A stretch of DNA of 62,471 nt. It comes from Phoronis australis (taxonomy: Eukaryota; Animalia; Phoronida). Both the position numbers and the translations under genes were made by a program. Location: contig NMRA01000773.1 in the NCBI GenBank assembly GCA_002633005.1, forward strand, positions 92,766 to 155,236. Reading direction: 5' to 3'. Below, piece after piece: positions 57,270 to 62,471 of this stretch. The notes under the pieces were generated by a model that was given only the letters and a program-made list of their open reading frames with translations, made no database searches and was not told the origin of the DNA. Every line of letters begins with the position of its first letter. Position 1 is the stretch's first letter.

Positions 57270-59450
57270 GTTACTCTGCGCGTCCAAGCGCAAAGTTTTA
57301 CTGTTCTTACGTAATTTATCTTCTAATTACTCTGCGCGTGCTAGCGCAGTTTTACTGTTCTACGAATTTTAGCTTCTTATTCTTATTCTTATTATTACTC
57401 TGCGTGCGCAAGCGCAGAGTTTTACTGTTCTACGTATTTCTTCTTCTTATTACTCTGCGCGTTGAAGCGCAGAGTTTTGGTGTTCTCCATGTATGTTTAC
57501 TATGCGCGTTCAAGCGTAGCGTTTTACTGTTCTATGTATTTTATCTTGTTATCCTTATTACTCTGCGCGTTCAAGCGGAGAGTTTTACTGTTCTAGGTAT
57601 TTCATCTTCTTATTACTCTGCGCGTTCAAGCGCAGAATTTTGCTCTTTTATGTTCACTCTGCGCGTTCAAGCGGAGAGTTTAAGTGTTCTACGTATTTTA
57701 TCTTATTATCATACTTATTACTCTGTGCGTTCAAGCGCAGAGTTTTACTGTTTTACGTATTTTATCTTCTTATTACTCTTATTATTTTTCTTATTCTTCT
57801 TCTTCCTTCCTTTCCATATTGTTATTACTCATACAATCATTCATTTAGAACAATAATATTCATAGTGATTGATACGATACTGAAGGGATTTGTATTGATT
57901 ATACTTTTGACCCAAAATGCACTAGGATGACCTGAAACGGGTCAAGGAGAGCATTTTGTCAAAATGCTTCTTCTTCTACAGTTTTTAGATAGATTCTTCG
58001 AATTTTGTTAACAAGTAGAAGTAGGCATTAGAGATCTGCATCCGAAATTTATTTGGAATTCCAATCGGATCAAGAGAACCGAGTTTCCAGGTTAAAGGTC
58101 ATTAGGTGCGAAAGTGATTTTTGAGCTAGACCATTTTTAATCACGCATATGATCAACATTCATAAAGGATGTTCAGTCACAAACTTTGGGATCATTAGGT
58201 GCAAATGTGTGATAATTAGGTGCACTTTTCTATTGATATTCTTGCTCTTCTCTCATGCTCTTTCACAGTTACCAGGGACATCTCTCTCTTTCACACAAAG
58301 GATGCATCTTCTATGCAATGTAATGCCCCTATACTTCATTATGCATATGCATACACCAGGCGCAGAGTTGTAAGTGCGCATACGCAATTGCGTTCAAGTT
58401 ATTCTTCTTATTCTTCTTCCTTCCTTTACAGATTGTTAGTACTTTTACTTCGATTCGCTAACAACATTCATATTCACTGTGGTTCATGGGATCTTCTTTG
58501 GATTTTTCTGATTATAATGTTTTGACCCAAAATGCACCAGATATACCCGAACGGGGTCAAGGGGTGGATTTTTACAAAATGCTTCTTTTTCTACAGGTTT
58601 TTACATAGACTCTTCAAATTTTGGTAACAAGTCGGCACCAGAGATCTGCATCCGAAATTTATTTGGAATTCTAACCGGATGAAGGGAAGTGAGTTTCCGG
58701 GTCAAAGGTCATTAAGTGTAAAAGTGATTTTTGAGCTAGACCTTTCATAATCATGCATATGATTACCATTCATAAAGGAAGTTCAGTCACAAACTCTGGG
58801 GTCACTGGGTGCAACTTTGGGGGTCATTAAGTGCACTTTTCTGTTAAAGTTAAGACTTTTTCAATCAGCTTGTACGTAATTGATGCATTAGGGAGAGCGT
58901 TCAAATTCATGGTGGTTCAATCAATTGCCGATCAAATTCTATTGATCACATGGATTTAACTCAAAATGCACTGGAATGTCCGGAAACGGGAAAGGAGTAC
59001 ACTCAGTCAAAATGCTAATCTCCTTCTACAGGTTTTCAGATAGACTCTCCAAATTTTGATAACAAGCAGACTCTAAAGAAGTGCACCCAAAATTTATTAG
59101 AAACCAAATAGGATAAAGGGAACCGAGTTTCCAGGTCAAAGGTCATTAAGTGCAAAAGTGATTTTTGAGTTAGACCTTACACAATCACGTATATAGTTTT
59201 CATTCGTAAAGTTAATTCCGCCACAACTTTGGGCTCATTCGATGCAATTGTGGGGTCATTACATGTACGTGCAGTTTTCCGTTGATATTCTTATATTTCA
59301 CTCTTGCTCTTTCATAGTTACCAGGGACATCGCTCTCTTTCACACAAAGGATGCAACTTCTATGCACTGTAATGCGCCTATACTTCACTATGTACGTGCA
59401 TACACCGCACGTATAGTTGTAAGTACGCATACGCAATTGCATTCTAGTTT
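57270..59450 (+). mobile_element. Helentron/HINE (DINE-1-like) non-autonomous array
   Basis: Nine copies of the TACTCTGCGCGTTCAAGCGCAGAGT palindrome, (TTC/TTA)n tract, three core repeats (~57910, 58525, 58960), two 3' modules (GCGCAGAGT or a degenerate form, then hairpin) at ~58360-58400 and ~59405-59450, the last ending CTAGTT. Confidence 0.7.
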
Positions 59451-59623
59451 ACTCTGTTTTTCTTGAAAAGGGTAGTGCGCACGTGCTATATCCGCATTAT
59501 CCAACTTGAAATGGTGCACACGTGTTCTTAAAGCACAATTTCAGGAAGTGCTATTATGCAAAATCTTTACTTTTATTATGACACAATCAGTCAGCAGACA
59601 TACATAAGTGCCTGGACTATACT

Positions 59624-61320
59624 TAGTCCAGTCATTCTACGGATAACCCGGAAAAAATTGCAACAGAAGGTTTTATTGCATAAATCGTATCCTTTCACGC
59701 CCCTTAGTGGAAAAAAAAAGTCTACCGGAATCGGAGTGGCGGAAGTTGGTTTTTCAAGATGGCGGACAAAATGGCCGCCAGATTNTAGTCCAGTCATTCT
59801 ACGGATAACCCGGAAAAAATTGCAACAGAAGGTTTTATTGCATAAATCGTATCCTTTCACACCCCTTAGTGGGAAAAAAAAGTCTACCGGAATCGGAGTG
59901 GCGTAAGTTGGTTTTTCAAGATGGCGGACAAAATGGCCGCCAGATTTTCTGATGCGCACTATAACTCAAGAGTGGAATGTGATAGAGTAAAAATTCAAAA
60001 AGGTTTACCTATGTTTTGTGGGACAACAGATCCATTGGAAATGGTTTTACATGGCTGTGGTGACATCGTCCGCCATTTTCCAAGATGGCCGCCAAATCTA
60101 CTTGAGTCGCACAACTTCACACGAACAGATTATTGTGTCGCCTTGCTTCAAACATCGCATTATAGGTTTTCTGGGTCGACTAATCCATTAAGACTCATTG
60201 CATTTGGCACTAATGATTACTTCTACCATTTCCAAGATGGCGGACAAAATGGCCACCAGATTTGCAGATGATCATTTTCACTCGAGAGTGGAATGTGATA
60301 GAGTAAAAATTCAAAAATGTTTACCTATCTTTTGTGGGTCAACAAATCCATTGGAAAGGTTTTGCATGGCCGTGGTGACACCATAAGCCATTTTCAAAGA
60401 TGGCCTTCAAAACTATTTCGAATCGCACAACTTCGCACAAAGAGATTAGTGTGTCGTCTTGCTTCAAGTATCATAGGTTTTCTGGGTCGGCTAATCCATT
60501 TAGACTCAATGCGTTTGGCTCTAATGATTACTTCCACCATTTTCTAAGATGGTCACCAAATAGTTGCTTCGTGTAAGAACTTCAGATTCCAGAGACAGGT
60601 CATATCCTGAGTTTTTTAGGTCAGCACGTCCATTACATGTACAATAATTTTTGTCTGGCTCTTTATGATTACGACTACCATTTTCAAGATGGTTTAACGA
60701 ATAACTTATTTGGGTCAAAAACATCAGGTTTGCCTGAGCTGAAGGATCATTTTCCTCCTGAAAAAATGTGCTGTATTGAAAATAACTCTTTGCAATTAAT
60801 TCAGTGATCTACTATCCACACTGTCTGTGTCACTTCCAGTTAGTTGTAAATGCTAGTGAATCTATATACAATCAACCAGTATTTACATAACTAATCTCTG
60901 TCAACTCAGAATGAATTGCTGCAGCTAAAACCACGGCATTCTCCACATGCAACCGTGTACAGCTATCCTAACTTCCTGCAAGAACATCTCTTGCAACTGC
61001 AGTTGGTCTTACCCGAGCATCTCACTACTTTCAGCAGGTTCTCTGGTGCTGCTGAATGGTATGTCGTCGTGGGAATGAATTTTCCACCTGCCATCATCCA
61101 ACCCCAATACAGCGAGTCTAGGCCACTGCCACAGAAAATTGACCGCTCTTGCTCTTGATAATATGTCCCGGCAGCATGGAATTTAGCTACTGAAGAAAGT
61201 TGGTGATAATGACTGTATTTGGACTGTGGCTAGTCTGACACCTCATCCACAAATTGCCTGTATCGCAAGTCATCCAAATTTCCAGAGCCAGTACCACCAT
61301 GAAGCACAGATACAACTCTT
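59624..61320 (-). mobile_element. Academ-type transposon 3' end: Cys-cluster transposase tail, ~316-bp subterminal repeats, TAG terminus
   Basis: 60905-61320 minus reads LDDLRYRQF..FHAAGTYYQ..LDSLYWGW..APENLLKVVRCSGKTNCSCKRCSCRKLG*LYTVACGECRGFSCSN; repeat units ~59915-60231 and 60232-60545; terminus TAGTCCAG at 59624. Confidence 0.72.
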
Positions 61321-61367
61321 CACACACACGCACACACACGCGCGCGCGCGCGCACACACACACACAA
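61321..61367. repeat. (CA)n(CG)n(CA)n alternating purine-pyrimidine microsatellite
   Basis: Direct reading of the sequence. Confidence 0.9.
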
Positions 61368-62149
61368 GTTGGTTGTGAACGAAAAGGTCAAGAGGCACTT
61401 GCAGTGCAGATCAACGATATACACCAGGATAGCCCAAAGACTTTTGTTACGTATCTACATGTACACGTAGGTATTCTTCTTCAAAGGAATGAAACGCAAA
61501 TTAGTTAGCATAAATGGAAATGCAAATGTGGATGGCAGGGGGCTGACGGACGCACCAGCCAAGACAATAACACTGGACCACCACTGTATACTTAAAAAAC
61601 TTTCATACGCAGTCAAAGAAGTTTTCCCAGTAGCCTTTGTTGTATGAAAAAGCATACCGGATAACCAAGTTTTGTTGCCGAACATAAAAGCACGGCAATG
61701 CGAACCAACTGCAGCACCTGCGTGTCATTGGAGTGACGAAATCTAAGAAAAGGATGAAAGTGCTTGCGTAAGAGTTTATTTCCCCAGAATATGTTGTAAC
61801 AACGTGGTTCTACGCCAAAAGGAAACCCAGTCTCATAATTAGGAACACAACGTTGAAAATAAGTTGCTTTAGTATGTCTTCAAAGGCTTTTCCTCCATAT
61901 TGATTTTGCGCTTATGAGACTTCGCAACGGTAACTACATGTATGGTAGGCGTGGCCTAATCAATGCGTTCGTTCGAACTGTCTATCCATTGCATGACACC
62001 TTTCGATTATGCGCACAGTCGTCTTGTCAAATAATGCAACATGATTGGTTTTGTACTGAGTCGGAGTGACCTTCTTCAGTCGAAACAAGCAAAGATTGCG
62101 GTAAGGGTCAATCGTGATGTATTCTTCGCATTGCATTTCACGATTTCAA

Positions 62150-62471
62150 GAATATAAATCGGTAAATAAAACAACAAGAATGGATCAACTGAAATTTGAA
62201 ATTTTCGGATATAACAACTTCCTTTATCAACAAAAACAGAAATAAAGTAAATTCAAACACAAAATGACAATTGACATATAAGATATGGTGTAATGAAAAT
62301 GATACATTTTTGCGTAAAAAATTCAATGACATATTTTAAGAAGTTTTTATGTTCAATCCATGAGGTTCTATTGTATTCAGTTTGTCTATCCAAAATTGTT
62401 CTCTTTTAAGTCTGTGAGGGGTACTGGGGTGTTGGAGTTTTTCTATTATTTGTACAGAAAGATCTTGAATA
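62150..62471 (-). mobile_element. Third Penelope-like 3' end copy (runs off the window end)
   Basis: The reverse complement matches ~6870-7170 (FW..KLNT.EP.GLN plus 3' UTR). Confidence 0.82.

Noticed and set aside
57233-57856. 207-aa hydrophobic multi-TM-looking ORF
   Set aside because: Translation of T-rich tandem palindrome repeats
59624-59946. 161-bp tandem duplication
   Set aside because: The two copies differ at about 3 positions and are joined by a single N (59785); most likely overlapping contig or haplotype ends, an assembly artefact
62053-62090. Hammerhead-like CTGAAGA-AGGTC on the minus strand
   Set aside because: No downstream GAAA or stem III

Overview
Eukaryotic (animal, probably marine invertebrate) genomic DNA, AT-rich and repeat-dense, with an assembly gap at 53278-53999. 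The only intact gene I can support is a minus-strand Patched-related / PTCHD3-like sterol-sensing-domain (RND-family) membrane protein. I reconstructed it by hand as 19 coding exons (51530 down to 32904), all with GT-AG introns and consistent phases, giving 3003 nt = 1000 aa plus stop. The rest is layered transposon debris: LINE RT fragments, two solo LTRs, an inverted Penelope-like (GIY-YIG) pair with a hammerhead-like motif, a decayed Gypsy gag-pol, a hAT (ZNF862/KIAA1586-type) transposase relic, three Academ-type transposase relics, a Mutator-type MITE with a 9-bp TSD, a Kolobok-type THAP element built from two 5' ends, a Helentron/HINE-like array, small MITEs and minisatellites. There is no CRISPR or other prokaryotic system, and I found no clearly new biological system. 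The most unusual items are the double-5'-end Kolobok, the Academ end-to-end junction, the Penelope hammerhead-like motif, the twin PPxY tail of the Patched-related protein and the strong TACATGTA enrichment. All family calls come from motif recognition, not database searches.
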